Positions 39,571 to 55,138 are shown, counted from the first letter of the stretch. The stretch is DNA of 64,000 nt from Octopus sinensis (GCF_006345805.1 NC_042997.1:188666001-188730000), one strand, 5' to 3'. Notes: generated from the letters alone by a model not told the origin. Program-made: numbers and translations.

Positions 39571-42115
39571 AGTAGTATTAATAGTAGAGTGGTACACTAA
39601 TTGCTTAACAGTAATTAGTTATGTCCTTCAAAGTTCTGACTTTAAATCTTGATACAGTTGACTTTGACCTTCATCTTTCTGTAGTTGATACAAATAAATA
39701 CCAGGTAATGAGATCAGGATTGATTTTATTGATGGTCTCCCTCACCTTTCAAATTTTTTACTTTGTACTAATATATGAAATTTTATTTTTAGTCTATTAC
39801 ACCTTACCTAAGATGCTCAAGAATTTTTAAAAAGTAAATAAATAAAACATTGGTGGTATCATCCCTGCCACCATCACCATCACCACCACCTCCATTATCA
39901 TCATTATTATTCTGTCCATTTATTTATACTGGTATCAGTTGGATGGATCTCTCCAAGCACAGTGTCTCATCACTTATCACAGTCCTTCATCATCTAATAT
40001 ATAAACAACAGATAAAACTGCCAATCTTTGATGCGTTTGTTGTGTTAAGGTGTGGCTTTTGTGGCTGGATGCTCTTCCTACAAACCTTTTTGCAATATGA
40101 ATTAGGGTGCATTTTATCATATCACCAACACCGAGAGATTGTCTAACAGGCCTGAAGTAATCTCTACTGTAGTGTATCAGTTTTTATTCAGCTATCTGCT
40201 AGCAATCATGACTGCCTTCATAATTTATTTAACTGCTATCCTCTAGAAATACCTTTGAATGTTTAAGGTATACATACTTATATGAAGACTGCTTCCAAGT
40301 TTTTTCTTTTTTTTTTTTTTCTTTTTCTTTTTAAAGAGTTGCTAGTTTTTGCAAGTTACCAGAAAAACTTCTCTTGTTAGTAGTAAATACGTCAGGAGTC
40401 ACGACTATTTCCCAGAAGTAAGAACAGGTCAAGGCAGGTATGAGTCATGGTGCTAACAATGGCTGGCCAAAATGATACCAGAGATTCTAAAGAAGCATTG
40501 AGCCTCAACATTTCCACAGAGGATAATTTTTTTCAGAGTGTTCTTTGGCTCTATTGAAAACTTGTAGCACAGGGTTACCCATAAAAATATATATGGATTT
40601 CTAAAACATTTTACATATAATTTAGAAAGAAGAGCTATGAATGTGTGAGTGTGCATGCGTGCGTGCGTGCGTGCGTGCGTGTGTGTGTGTGTGCACGTGC
40701 GCGCATATATGCCTTCCCAACAGAAAAGATTTAAGTGAATACTATCAACTCAAACACTGGCAGAAATATTGTAATGTGCAGTTATGGGTGAAATTCTTTT
40801 GGCTTCTGTTGTGAAACCAATGGCAACAAATTGAAAGACAATGCAAAATTAAAACTCTTCAAGATATAGCTGTACACATTTCGTAATAATTTTAATAAAT
40901 AACAACTATAATGATTTTAGTTTAAAATGATTTCAAGTATGAGTTGAAAAAAAAATATCACTGGTGTTGACATAATACACACAGAAACACACACATACAA
41001 ATATAATTTTTCATTCTCCTATTCCTTCACAGATTTTATTCATCAAACTACTAGCTTATGAAACATAATTGGTATCAACACATAAGCATTCATAGATATA
41101 GGGAAACACACAGAGAAAACATACACAAATATTATCATAGGCTTCTTCACAGTTTCTAAGTACCGAATTTCATCCATGAATGACTTTGGTTTGAATAGTC
41201 ATCAGCATACGTTTTTTAAAATCTTTTTAATTATATTTGTTTTGACATTTTTTTAAAAATTAGTCTGCCAGTTTTTATGTTTTGAACATCAGAATCTGGA
41301 GCAAAAATTGTTTTCATCTAAAAAAATTTTTTTTTTTTCTAAAATTTTGGAAACTGATTATGTTTGAGGGATTTACAGCAGCAGTACTCCTTTTTTTTTC
41401 TTTTCTTTTGACGCTATTGTATATAAATATATTACATTTGCATTTTAAGTGTAAAAATAAATTTTGTTTACATTTGAAAGTGTTAGTTATTTCATTTTCT
41501 GAGAATTTAAAATGTCGTTTCAGGATGAAAATGAAAACGTACACAGAATATATTTTTATACAGAAGGGAAAAAAAACTAAAAGAAAAGCCCCCTTTTTTT
41601 CCTTTTCTAATTTACAGTTTCTGAATCTCTTACATTCAAGGCAAAAAAACCTGAGGACTATTTAAAAAAAAGAAAAGTTTAATAAAAGTTTGAAGAAGGT
41701 TAAAAAATTCTATGGTAGGGGTTTTAAAAAGTCCATGTGAAAACAAATATATATTCACCATTGACTCCCATATCTTTGGAGATGATGGAAAATACATACA
41801 CAATCAAACTCCTATATACACCTGTAAAAGTATACACACATGCACCAACCTCAAATTAGTATTGGTTATAAACATATGCCTACACACAAAAGCATATGAA
41901 TATACTCTAACTTATCTCAGCCATTAGACTGCAGATATGGTGGGAAATGGACTTCAAGGGGTTTTAGTTGATCAGTCAAGATACTTATTTTAATGGTTTC
42001 TGTTTAGTGAACATCTAATTTACCTTTTGATATAAAGGTAATCAATTCAATGTACCATTTTATGCTAGCATAGCCAAACATGAACATACATGCTTGCATG
42101 GATTGTGTACACACA

Positions 42116-42148
<33 letters not shown>

Positions 42149-43940
42149 ATATACATATAATAGGCTTATTTTCCATCTCACAAATTTCATTTTCCAGATA
42201 CACAAGACAGAAGTAGAAAACATTTGCACAAAAACTCATGCAGTAGGATCTAACTTGGAATGCTGTAATTTCAGCATGAACTTCTTGAGCATAAGGCTAT
42301 ATCTGCAATTGTTTATGCACATGTGTGCATACATCTGTGTGATTGTGTGTATACAGAGACAGAGAGATAGGAGAAAAGGATTACAAAGAGAGAGATATAC
42401 CACAGACAGTAACAAAAGTGCAAGACTGTTTTTATAACCTTGAGTAATAATATTTTATTTATCTCATTGTTTAGCTTGAAAATACAACAATCCCATTACA
42501 TAAATAGTTTTCAATTATTACTAGTTGAAGATCAAAATCGTAATTTGGTTTTTAGAACTGATGTCCAAATATCAAACTGAGGTACAAGGCTACAAATTTG
42601 AAAAAAAGGGGAATGGAATGTCTTGAGAGAATTGAAGACTTAAAATATTTTGCAATCATTGAGAGCTTAAATATTACTCTACTTCATCCAAACAAAAGCT
42701 AGGAAGAGGTTCAAGTTGTTACCAGGTAGGCATATGTTTTCTATCACAGCAACACTTGAAAGAGAAAAGTAGTATTCACATGAAATGTACTGACATTGTG
42801 TTTATTTGTTTGTTCTACACAAATGAATTTAGAATCAGAATATAAATAAAGCTACAATCAGAGAATCAAGTGGTGTTGGGTTGGATGTGGTTAACCAACG
42901 TACAGTTTTCCGAGAAAGAAATTTTTTAAATTAGCATATGTATCCACATATACATATACATATGCATATACTCACTCGGTGTCACATATACACATACTCA
43001 CTCAGTGTCAAAAACTACATACAATAAAAGCAAGTTCTTAGTAGTCTGTATTTATAAGTTTTAACATGGAATGAGCTAATTTTCACTTTAAGCATATTGC
43101 TAGTAGCATTTTCGAAAGGCCTGGACATCGTGGACATTGCAATAGTTATCATCTCTATCTACACTTGTACTGAGTCTTTTATTCAATTAATGTCTATTTG
43201 TGCATAACTACTTATAAAAAAAAAACACTTGCACAACCATATGAAAAACAAAACTATATATATGCATGTACAATTATGCATGTATTTGCATATAATAACA
43301 AAACTACTAACACAGTGTAGTTATGGATAAATATGTAAACAGAAATCACAAAAACCTATTTGAAACTTGTAGACAAACAGTAGCAGCTTCAGTAACTGAA
43401 TGTGTGACCAGTTTTGGACTGTTGTTGTTAAGCAACAAGACGGATAAAGGTGATTAGGTGATGGTCTAGGGCTTAGGGGCGGGAGATCCCAGACCTTGGG
43501 GGGTGGGGAACTTTGGTCGTCTTGTAGTTGAGAGCTCTTCGTTGACACCCAACACCACCAGGAGGTGGCCCTCGGAGTCGCTGGAAATGGAGATCTCCAG
43601 GTTCAAATTCTTGAATGGTGTTTTTGGACTGTGCGACTAGTTTTGCCTTTCTTATGGGTCATTATATTAAGTGGGTAATTGTTTGATTACATCTTTCTTA
43701 AGAAGATATATTCTTTTTAAATAACAATTTGGAAGTAAGGTAAGCAGGCCTTGGTCAACCATAGTAAAGACAAGACTAATCGAATGATAGTCACTTTCAA
43801 CTGCCAAAAGTTCCTCTGGTTTTCCATGGGTTATATTTTCGCAGCTTGAATAAATATGTTTCTTAAGCCAATTGTATATGATTTCTGCATATAAATATCT
43901 ATTGCATGCATGAGCACATGCACACACACACACTGTGTGT

Positions 43941-43986
<46 letters not shown>

Positions 43987-45367
43987 GCAATTAAGCAGAC
44001 ACTTCAAAATTACTACCAAGTTTTACTTTGTAAAAACTGTGTGTCTGTGTGCCCAAGATTCCACACAGTGGGACAAAATTCAAAGTTATAAGAGAAAAAT
44101 GCAAAAAAAAAAATGTACTTTTGTGTGTTTACATAAAGTCTGAAGATTCATGGTGTGTGTGTGTGCGTGAGAGAGAGAGAGAGAGAGATTCTATAAGAAA
44201 ATGCCACTAATTTGTAAAAGAAGAATTAATGGGTAAACTTTGAAAGAAATTGATAGATTTAAATATCTGTGAAGCCACTGTTACATTAAATAGAAACAAA
44301 AAGCATCAAAGAAATTATATGAAGGATTGGACAGGACAAAGTTGCTTAGGGTAAGATCAAATATATTTTGCCAAATAAATAGCAATCAAAAAGAGTAAGG
44401 AAGTAAAAGTCCTACAGGCACACATAGAACCTATCCTTACATATGGTTGTGTGACTGGAATAACAACCAACAAGTGTAAAAGGTGCAGAGATGTTCTGGA
44501 GAAGAATGTCCTGAGATGTCCTAAGCAAATAGAGTGACAAATATGAAAGTCTTTAGATAAGCAAAAACCACCAGAAAGTTCTCAACAACATAAGGGGGAG
44601 GGAGGAAAGCGGCTCAGTTCATTGGCCAACATATGATCAAAAAAGGGTAAACTTTTCAGCACAGGAGAGAATTAGGCAACTGGAATGAAGGTGAAACCAG
44701 GGAACCTAAGCAAAAGATACCTGATGACCTTACTAGCTGACTTGATATTGGTATATTCATGTACAGGATACAGGATAGCAGTTTCATACATATACAAGAA
44801 CAACAGGGGAAGCAACTGAGAGCCAAGTGTATGTCTGTGTATATGTATATCTACATGTCATTCAAGCATGCGTGCATGTGTGTGTGTGTGTGTGTGTGAG
44901 ACACTGTATGTATGTATTTATGCAGAAAGGTTATCTTTAGGGCTGTGTGAGCATGTTTCTATTAGCATATAGGTGGTGTGTGTATGTGTGTGTGCGCATG
45001 CATGGAACTGTGAAGTGCGTTACCCATGAAATTCTTTGTAGATATTGCTTTTTGTAGAGAATATGTGTGTATGTGTATGTCATTGTTGTGAGCGTGTGTG
45101 GGTGTATATTTCATTGTTGCGTATGTTGGTTAAGCCTAATATGTATAGCTGTTAGTGCATGTTTGTATGTTTGTATATCCATGTAGCCTGGGTGCATATA
45201 ATTCCATATATGGTCTATGTATTTGATTTTCTTAGAAGCTGTGCATGTATGTGTGTTTCTTTTAGTGAATAGGTGATAAGTAAATACACATGACCGTGTG
45301 AAAGTAGGAAGTGTGTGAGTATGCTTGGGATTTTCTACAAGTTGTGTAAATGGATGTGTTTGCAATG

Positions 45368-45419
<52 letters not shown>

Positions 45420-47519
45420 CTGTGTGTCCCTTGCATGATATGAACTCTCTCTTGCTTTACTTAATTTAAAATGAAGACAATAACCTGAATACACTACCTA
45501 GAAGTAATATAATGAATTGTCTATAAATAATATAATGAAATGTCCATCATGCAGAAACATGTTCCGAGACACATTTATAAAGGAAAATATGGAATTTTGA
45601 ATAAATGTATATTTAACTGTATAAACATAATGCCCTGAAAAAATATATTTTCCACTTCTTCACTGGCTTGACTCCCTTGCAAGAACAAAATCAAAAAGAA
45701 AAGAAAATGAAATGGAACTACTAATCAACATATTGTTCTTTTGAGGGAAAAAAAATGTAATCGCCAACAAAGGAAATTCGAACATATGACAATGGTCATG
45801 GGATGTAGAATAAAGAGACAAATCATTGTCATAAAGCTACATTAGAATTTAATGTATGTGTGCAACCAACTCACCAACAGGACATACCAGCCCTGAGAAA
45901 AATGGCTGACACTAACAAAAACAGACAACAGAATACTTTCCATATCACATACACACTATATTCATAGAGTGAGAAAGTCTTTTATGCTTCGAGCCTATGC
46001 TCTTTGACAGGAAGGAACACCGAAATAAACACGGAGAGAAAATAAGAAAGGTTTATTGGCTAAATTTTCATTAGAATTATAATGTGTGTGTGTGTGTGTA
46101 TAAATATATATATATATAATGCACTAATGTATAGTGCACACTAATTATGGGTAGAGAAATTACAGGCAAAATATATCTTGCGCATTATATGCACTAATTT
46201 TCATTAGAATTATAATGTATGGAAAATGGAGATTAGTCAGATTTATTATAGTTGCTGTATAAGATACATTGTAAAAGTTCACAAATCCTAAACAGAACAA
46301 AAGTGATTTTTTAATATAATAGTAAAGGGATTCTGTAGTACCTTAATGTCACAGCTGACAAACATGGGGTTCCAAGGAATTACTGCCATCAACATTCTGT
46401 TTGAAAGGCCAGAATATAACACTTTCATTATTGAGAAATGTAAACACTTTCCTTGTCTGAATATGTAGATAAAACAAAATACTTGAAATATTCAATACTG
46501 AAAGTGTTTACATTCTGAATTATGTCTTTTATAATGATGGCAGTAATTCCATGGGACCCATCTTTGCCAATTGTAACAATTTTAACATTACATTAAACGA
46601 TATATATCCTACATTATCTATGGAACGATGAATTGATTGGAAGGTCATGGCTAGAACACATTCATGTTATAGTGTTTTGAAGCAAGTTATTAAAACAAAA
46701 TTTTAAGATGTACATGTTCTTGTAACAACATATATACACAAACTAAGATATGCAGCTGCGTGTAAACAGAAACTAATAACATTTCATCATTTTGTTATTT
46801 CTGTTTTGCTTTTACATTTCGTTTCTGAATATTTTAACAGTATTAGTAAATAATAAACATGCTTGATTAATATGGTCTGTGACGTGAGCATACATTTGAA
46901 ATAAAATGAACACTTAATATATTATCACTATACTATAGAAAAATGTAACAACAGTTTAAACTCCTTGTTATACATCACTTAGCTAGTACAATAACTAACT
47001 GACTTCTGGTTATGCCACCTCGACTGTGGCCACATGTGTACTACTAATTTTTAGGTTTAAAAAGTGTTTATTTCATGGGAATAAATGTGTGCATGTATGA
47101 GTACACACACATATATACTGTTATACTTATATATCATCATCATCATCATCATCATCATCGTTTAACGTCCGCTTTCCATGCTAGCATGGGTTGGATGGTT
47201 CAACTGGGGTCTGGAAAGCCAGAAGGCTACACCAGGCCCAGTCTGATCTGGCAATGTTTCTATGGCTGGATGCCCTTCCTAACGCCAACCACTCTGTGAG
47301 CATAGTGGGTGCTTTTTACGTGCCACCGACACAGGTGGGAGACGAGGCTGGCAAACGGCCATGATCGGATGGTGCTTTTTACGTGCCACCGACACGGAGG
47401 GGCCAGACGAGGCTGGCAACGGCCAATATATATATATATATATATGCATGCACATGCTTATGCAGACACAGTTTCTCTCTCTCTCTCTCTCTCTCTCTCC
47501 GCCCATATATATATATATT

Positions 47520-48600
47520 CTCATATCCTCTGCACTGAAGGCTCATGTCTTACTACAATGCAGCATTACAGTTCTAATATAAACATCATACAATCTGCCC
47601 TTCACTCTGAAGATAAATAAAGACCTTTGTTGCCTACAACAGTTATAGCTCCTTGAAATTTCTCTAACCTATTTTTGCCATGGCTGCTATACTTTCAAAG
47701 CAACCACCTACCCTGCTAATTACATCTCCTAGGTAACAAAAGCTTCTAGTAAACTGTCCAAGAATTTAAGAGAATCTATTTCCGCTGTGCTCATGGTACA
47801 CACTGTTCAAGTGCATCTAGAGCTTACATTTTCTGTTAGTCTGTGTATGATTCCACTATACCTCTTATTTGTTGCTAGCTTACAATGGGTACAGTATATT
47901 GAGATTATACCTACTCCTTTTCTGCATCTCAAGCAAGGCCACTCCCCTGAAGACACCAGGGATTTATCTTTCCCACTCACAAAATCCTTTGTCTTTGGTA
48001 AGTTTACCTTAAGACCTCTCTATTCTAGGTTTAGCTTCAAAGCTGGGAACTTCCTCCCTAATTCCCTTGCAGATTCAGCCATGCAAAGCCATTCCCATTG
48101 ATAGCCATTGACAGTGTTGGCTTGTAGGACTATGATGATTAGGAGAGGACTGAAGACTGAACCTTGATGAACTCTTATCCTCACACTAAATTGTAACTAA
48201 CTGCATCTTTGTACTCAGTTCGTACAGCCCTCACAAGCCATTCATCTCTATCTAGTTCCCTTAGTGATCACCAAATTACTGAACATGGCACCCAACCAAA
48301 TGCCTTCTCTAAGTCAACAGATGCCAGTAGTAGTGGTTCACTTATGGCCAAGTACTTCTCCTGCAGTTGATCCACTAGGAAGAATGCATCTGTGGTGCCT
48401 CATCTGGACATGAAGCTAAACTGCATCTCAAATAGGTCAACTCTGTCATGGATCTTCTTATGAAATAGTTTGATTCCCTTATAATTTCCTCTCTCTCTAA
48501 AACATCCCCTTTGCCTTTGGAGCAGTTTATGATGATACCTTTCTGTATGACCTGATTAATTATCTGGGTGGTAATCATGTATCCATATAACCAAGTAAAC
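47520..48600 (-). mobile_element. Degraded RTE-clade LINE
   Basis: Minus strand near 48120-48185 reads RVHQGSVFSPLLIIIVLQA (cf. GVHQGSVLSPLLF); broken by stops. Confidence 0.75.
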
Positions 48601-50174
48601 TATGCAGGTGGTAAATAAATAAATATGTATGCACATACATACAGACATACATACATCCTCATCCCCATCATCATCATCATTTTATGTTCACTTTCCTAGT
48701 TAGCATGGATTGGACAGGTTGTCACAGTCCAAGTCAGTCGTTATTTAGACTTACTTCTCCCTAAATGTGTTAGAGACTATGTTTAGTTGTATGATTCATT
48801 TTTAGCTTGGTTTTTACAGTTGGATGTTCTTCCTATGATTAACCACTTTACAGAATGTACTGGGGACATTTTATCATGGCACCAGCACTAGAGAGGTTGT
48901 CATGTCCTTGACAAGACCAACAGTCCCTTTCAACTCTATGTCACCTCAGTACATTCAAACAATGACTAACAATGTCAAACAAAGAAGTTAAATGGAAAAG
49001 AAAAAAAAGACATAATGCATTGCTTGCACAACTCACAACAAGCTTAAGATACCAAGGAATCATACTATACACAACCATGGTTACATAATTCAATTCACTT
49101 CAGCAAAACTGAACACAGCTCACAGCACTTTATCACCATAATCATCACTCAATGTCCCTTTTCCAAGCTGACACGGGTTGGACGGTTTGACAGGAGCTAA
49201 CAAGCCAGAGGATGGCACTAAGCTCTACTGTCTTCTTTGGCATAATTTCTATGGCTGGATGCCCTTCCTAATGTCAACCACTTTACAGAGTGTGGATAGT
49301 GCTTTTTACGTGACACTAGCAAGGTCACCGAGTAACTTACAGGACAAAACCTCTCAACTGAATGGGGAGTTGTACAGGGGGAAGTGGGTTTGTGCCAAGT
49401 GATGAGAGATTAGAATATGACAGAGAGATAGAAACAGGTGTCTTGCAATAGAGGAGATACATGGCGTCCCCAGTTGGAGAGAGAGAGAGATGAAAATGTG
49501 TTGGGATACACCCTCAAGTTACAGTGAGTGTGAAGCGGTCAGAAGATTGGATAGAGTGAGTGAGCAGGTAAGTTTGAGAATACTTCCACTTCACCACAAA
49601 AAAACCCAACTCTCTCACCTTGTTTTTCAACTTTTTTTTTCCACCTTTCATTCAATTCCTTTCAAATTGAACTAGTAACCAATCCATCAAGCTATAATCA
49701 CTGAATTACCTGTATGAGATACAAACTATCACAAAGGCTGCCTCTGATTATAATAAGACATTCAACAATTGTATTTTGCAGGGACATATGGTGCATATGT
49801 TCCAGTACAGTTATTGTGTGTGGTGTGTATTTCTAATGATATTCATACTTCACAGAGAGAGATGGGGGGGGGGGCATTGTAATTATTAAGTATACATTTG
49901 TTGTGCATGTGCCTCTAATCTTGCCTTCAATGATGCTTACAATTCAGAAATAATAGTAAAAGTTGCATCACCTGGACTATAAAAGAATACCATTTTGAAC
50001 AGAAGTGTAATAGATATTTAGCAACCTTTTCCACACAAGATCTGTGTTCATCAGTTGCCAATGGCTTACAGTCAGGCTGACTGAATATTAGCCAATTTTC
50101 TTGGTTAGCAGGGAACACAAGGTATTTGTATGTCTTTAAGATAGTAATTTATATAATAAATAACACATACACAC

Positions 50175-50211
<37 letters not shown>

Positions 50212-50662
50212 TACATACATACATATATTATATATATATATAATTATATACATACATATATTATATATATATAAACGATGATGATGATGATGATGATATA
50301 CATACATACATACATATATATATATACATATATACGACGGGCTTCTTTCAGTTTCCGTCTACCAAATCCACTCACAAGGCTTTGGTCGGCCCAATATATA
50401 AATATATGCATATATGGGCACAGGACATCAAAAAAACGTTAAACACAATGAAAAACGAAAACAAAGACAAAAACAAATGAACTTTTTTTTCAAACAATGA
50501 AAAAAACAGGAAAACGAGACATACAACATATAGAATATTCCCCTTCATCAGTTGTCCCTGTTTCATCTATTCCGCGTCTCGAAGGTATATGTTTGTATAT
50601 ATGCATATAATTATATATTATTTATATTATTATATGATTGAACGCCATGCATCCTCTTGCAA

Positions 50663-50721
<59 letters not shown>

Positions 50722-50868
50722 ATCAAAAATAAGGGTGAAAAAATTGGATATTAATTTAATAATAACATCAATTTAACACCAAGTGGTTTAGCGCATAAAA
50801 ACCTGGGATACAGTAAAAATTAATACACAAATATAAGAGAGCGACCACATAGTGGACGCTCTCTTATA

Positions 50869-50907
<39 letters not shown>

Positions 50908-51557
50908 TTGTGTGTGTGTGTGTGTGTATGTATGTATTATATATAGAGAGATATGTGCAGCATGGGTGTGTGGTTAAGAAGTTAATTGAAGATTCTCAAC
51001 TCTAAATGTGTGTGTGTGAGGCAGACAGACAGAGAGTGGGTGGGGAGAGAATATAGATATATTAAAGTGTATTTGTAAATGCATATGAATATATGTTTGC
51101 AAAATCTAATCACTGAACATACATGGCTTAATCCAAGAACTCAATACATGTATATAATATATTAAACTGATGGACAGGCTTCATAATATTCAAATTCACT
51201 GATTGAGTCAATACCAAATCCTTAGTACATACCAATCTAATATGATAATTGAGTGAGAAGAAAATATTTTGTCATTGATAATAATTGGAACCACATGACT
51301 AATTCTAAAGACTATCTGCTGATATCAATCAATAAGAATGAACATCATAAGCAACTGTATCAATCATGTGATCTATCACCTGATAAACTACTTCAGCAAC
51401 CAGAAAGCATCCAACACCTTTAAATACCCCGAACAACCACCCCGTTGCATCATTTCAAATTTACTCATTGATGAGTGTATGCTTGACTAATATCATTTAC
51501 ATAGAACCTTCAGCTATGAGGAAACAGTTTAGTTTATCAAGACACGATTATATATAC

Positions 51558-51687
<130 letters not shown>

Positions 51688-51808
51688 ATGCGTGCTCACT
51701 CACTCTATCTAATCTTCTGACCACTTCACACACACACTTATATTGTATGATATATGTATCGTGTGTATATATATATATATAATATATATATATATATATA
51801 ATATATAT

Positions 51809-51843
<35 letters not shown>

Positions 51844-53444
51844 ATGTAGAGTGAGAGAGAGACAGACAGACAGATAGATAGATATCGCAGTGAGCCAGTA
51901 GAATCATTAGCTGACTGGGCAAAATGCTTAGCTAAGATCAACTTTGCTTTTCACCCTTTTTGGGGGGGTCAACTAGCTCCTCCCCACAAAATTTCTTGTG
52001 CTTATAGTAGAAAGCAGACACAGGCAGACACACACACGGACACCCACCCACCCACACACTCTTATATAAAATGTGTGAGTGCATGTGAGTACATGCGCAC
52101 ACATGCAGGTGTGTATGAGTGCATGTGTAAGTGCATGAGTATGTGTGTTTTATATGATGGAAGTTGTAAATGAACTGCAAATGGTATTACTTTTTAGTTC
52201 AGCTGACTTAACAGCATTTGCAGAACTATTGCATATATCACTTCTCAGTTAAATGCAATGCAGAATCATAGCAATTGGGTTTGTATAGTCATGTATATGT
52301 CTTCTGACTGCCAATAGAAAGGCAACATGTATTATTAATTATGGCAGTCATATGTCATTTATTGCAAATTATGGCAGTCATATGTTCTTTTAGGCAGTAA
52401 TGATTATTGGCTTATTTTGGTTCATATGCCTACAAAGTGGCTAACAAAATTAGCCTTATCCAATGAAGTTTCTTTTTCTTATGTTTCATTTCAATTTTGT
52501 ATTGTTAATGCAATTTTCTTCAAAATGCACAAATCTATCAAGATTTTTTTTCTTCTCTTTTGCATCCTATCAATTGCAATTTTTTCTTCCTAGCTTTCCA
52601 CACTTTTTATTTTTCAGTTCAGATTTAAGGCAACTTTGATTTCAGTTTGTGAAATATTTCTCCATAGAATAGATGCCTTCATCTTTCAATACAAACTATG
52701 TGGCCTGCCCGATTCAGTCTGCTACATCACATCAGAGCTTCTATGCTTACAAAATTTGTTAACTCCAAGATCTCAACATCACCCCTATACACACATGATA
52801 GATTGGTCAAAGACACTTCCATTGAAAATGTACCAGCTGTTAAACATATTTTGAAAATAATGTACATGTTTCACAGCTAGACAACAGATGAAATGTAGGT
52901 TTTGAAAATAGATATTTGAATGTCACAGTCAACGGTGGCAAAAACATCATTAGCATTTTTATGTCAGCTTTCTCTATGTTGGCATAAAGAAAGAAAGGTG
53001 TAATACTGATGTATAAAGGTAAAGACACCCCCCGCATGCGCACATACACATATATACATAGAAATATATATTATAGATATATAAAAGAAGCCACTTATTA
53101 CATAATCATGGATATTATCATGCTTTTGTTATCGAAATTACTGAGACCAAAATTCTTTCTTTAAAATATATTAAAAATTATCCACTTATTGGTATCAAAA
53201 CTCTGGATAGTATCAAAATGTGTCAAGTAAATCATTATACAATGACTAAAATCACATGGAATCTAAAGAAAAATCTAAAGAAAAAAAGCACTGCTAGCTA
53301 TGGAGATGTGATAGATAGTTGCATGTTGGAGCAGTGATGATGGTAATGGCATCATATGATATTGCTGGGAATGGAGGAGGAAGAACTGGTGTGTTACGTT
53401 AGTCAGTGTTGCTGGTAGTATTGGTATAGGTATTGGTGTGTGTG

Positions 53445-53489
<45 letters not shown>

Positions 53490-54328
53490 TGAGTGAGTGT
53501 GTGTGTGTGTGTGAGAGGAGAGTATAGAAAGCCATTTGTTAAAACCACAGCTGATGTTATTAAACAGTTGTTATCAAAATTACTGCATCCCTAATTCCTT
53601 GTTTAAAATAAAATAAAACAAATTATCCAATTAATACAATCAAAGCTCTGGATATTTTATCAAAATTATAAATAACATGCTGCATAATTGCAGTAATCAC
53701 TATGGGGATCTAAAGAAAAGTGTCACGAGCTATGGAGACATATGTAATAAGTTGGTGGCAGCGATGGATGGCAGTTGCAGGGGTAAAGATGGTGGTGGAA
53801 TTTGTATGCTGTGCCTGGGAATGAAGAAAATGCTGGTGTGTTAAGTTCAGACAGCTTGCTTTGTGCCTTTGAAACTGTGTGGATTCCTTGAAAAACAGGA
53901 AGATGGCTAGCATTAGGAAGGGCATTCAGCTGTAAAACAATGCCTCGATAACAAATTTGTCTAACCTGTGCTAATATGGCAAAATGAGCTTAAAACAGAA
54001 TGAATGAATGAATGAATGAATGCATGCATGCATGTATGCATGCATACATGCAAATTGCAAGGAACCTCACTAGTGCAAATGGTATGAAAAGAGCACCCAG
54101 TCAGTACACACTATAAAAGGTTAGCATTAAGAAAGGCATCCAGCCACAGAAATCATGCCAAACCAGGCACTGGAGTACAGCTCAGTCCTTAGATCATCAG
54201 ATCTTGTCAAACCACCCAAACTATGCTAGTAAGGAACATGTTATAATGATATGACAAACACACACACATGCGCACACACACACACAAACACATTTAGAGT
54301 TGAGAATCTTCAATTAACTGAGATTTTC

Positions 54329-54524
54329 CTGTTGGTTTGCTGTGCCCCCAAAACATGTACCGAGAGTGATAAAAATCAAACATCCAGTCAACGTCATGGT
54401 ATTTAGAGTGATCACTAGTGATGGCGACATTATGCCTTCATTCATCTTCCCACACAGCCTCAGACTCAACACGGGGGGGGGGGGCCTACATCAAGTGCCT
54501 GGAGGAGGTAGTGCTGTCCTGGGT
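54329..54524 (+). mobile_element. Fragment of the same maT/Tc1-mariner transposase, with a poly-G insertion
   Basis: Encodes PKHVPRVIKIKHPVNVMVFRVITSDGDIMPSFIFPHSLRLN, nearly identical to the 59776-60135 ORF. Confidence 0.88.
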
Positions 54525-54606
54525 CACTACCAGCTGGCTAAGTTTTAAATCTCCAAACCAAACAAGTGACAACACACACACACACACACACACACACCAC
54601 ACACAC

Positions 54607-54647
<41 letters not shown>

Positions 54648-55095
54648 GATATAACATAGCTGTTTCCATATACAGCCATTCCTGAACTTACACAAAAGCT
54701 TGCTTTCATCTATATAAAGTACCACTATACTCAGCCATGTACCATTAGCAATGCCAGCTAATCTAACTTTTTGGAAAATAAAGAGAGTTAGGAGAGGACA
54801 TTGCCTTTAAAACCAACTACTGAAAGAAACTAAGACAGTTTTAAAACTTGCAATAAGTCATCTGTGAAGCATATTCACCTTGTTGATTTGGCTTAGTCGT
54901 AATCAAGTATATAAAGAAATACAGGTAAAATAGTGGCAGTAGTTGTGTATATCAAGAATAAAACGGGAAAAATATTTATATATATATATTATATAGAGGG
55001 CATTATTACACATAAATGCCACACGCTAGGAGGGACTCTTAAAGTCAAAACTACTAAAATAATTCTTATGAAGATTTTATCCAATTTTTAAATTA

Positions 55096-55138
<43 letters not shown>

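Noticed and set aside
46063-46218. 23-bp direct repeat 133 bp apart
   Set aside because: Small local duplication around a microsatellite; no element termini identifiable.
49561-49572. Strong plus-strand donors (CAG|gtaagt here; also near 33455 and 40438)
   Set aside because: No convincing paired acceptor with a coding frame; such motifs are expected by chance in 64 kb.
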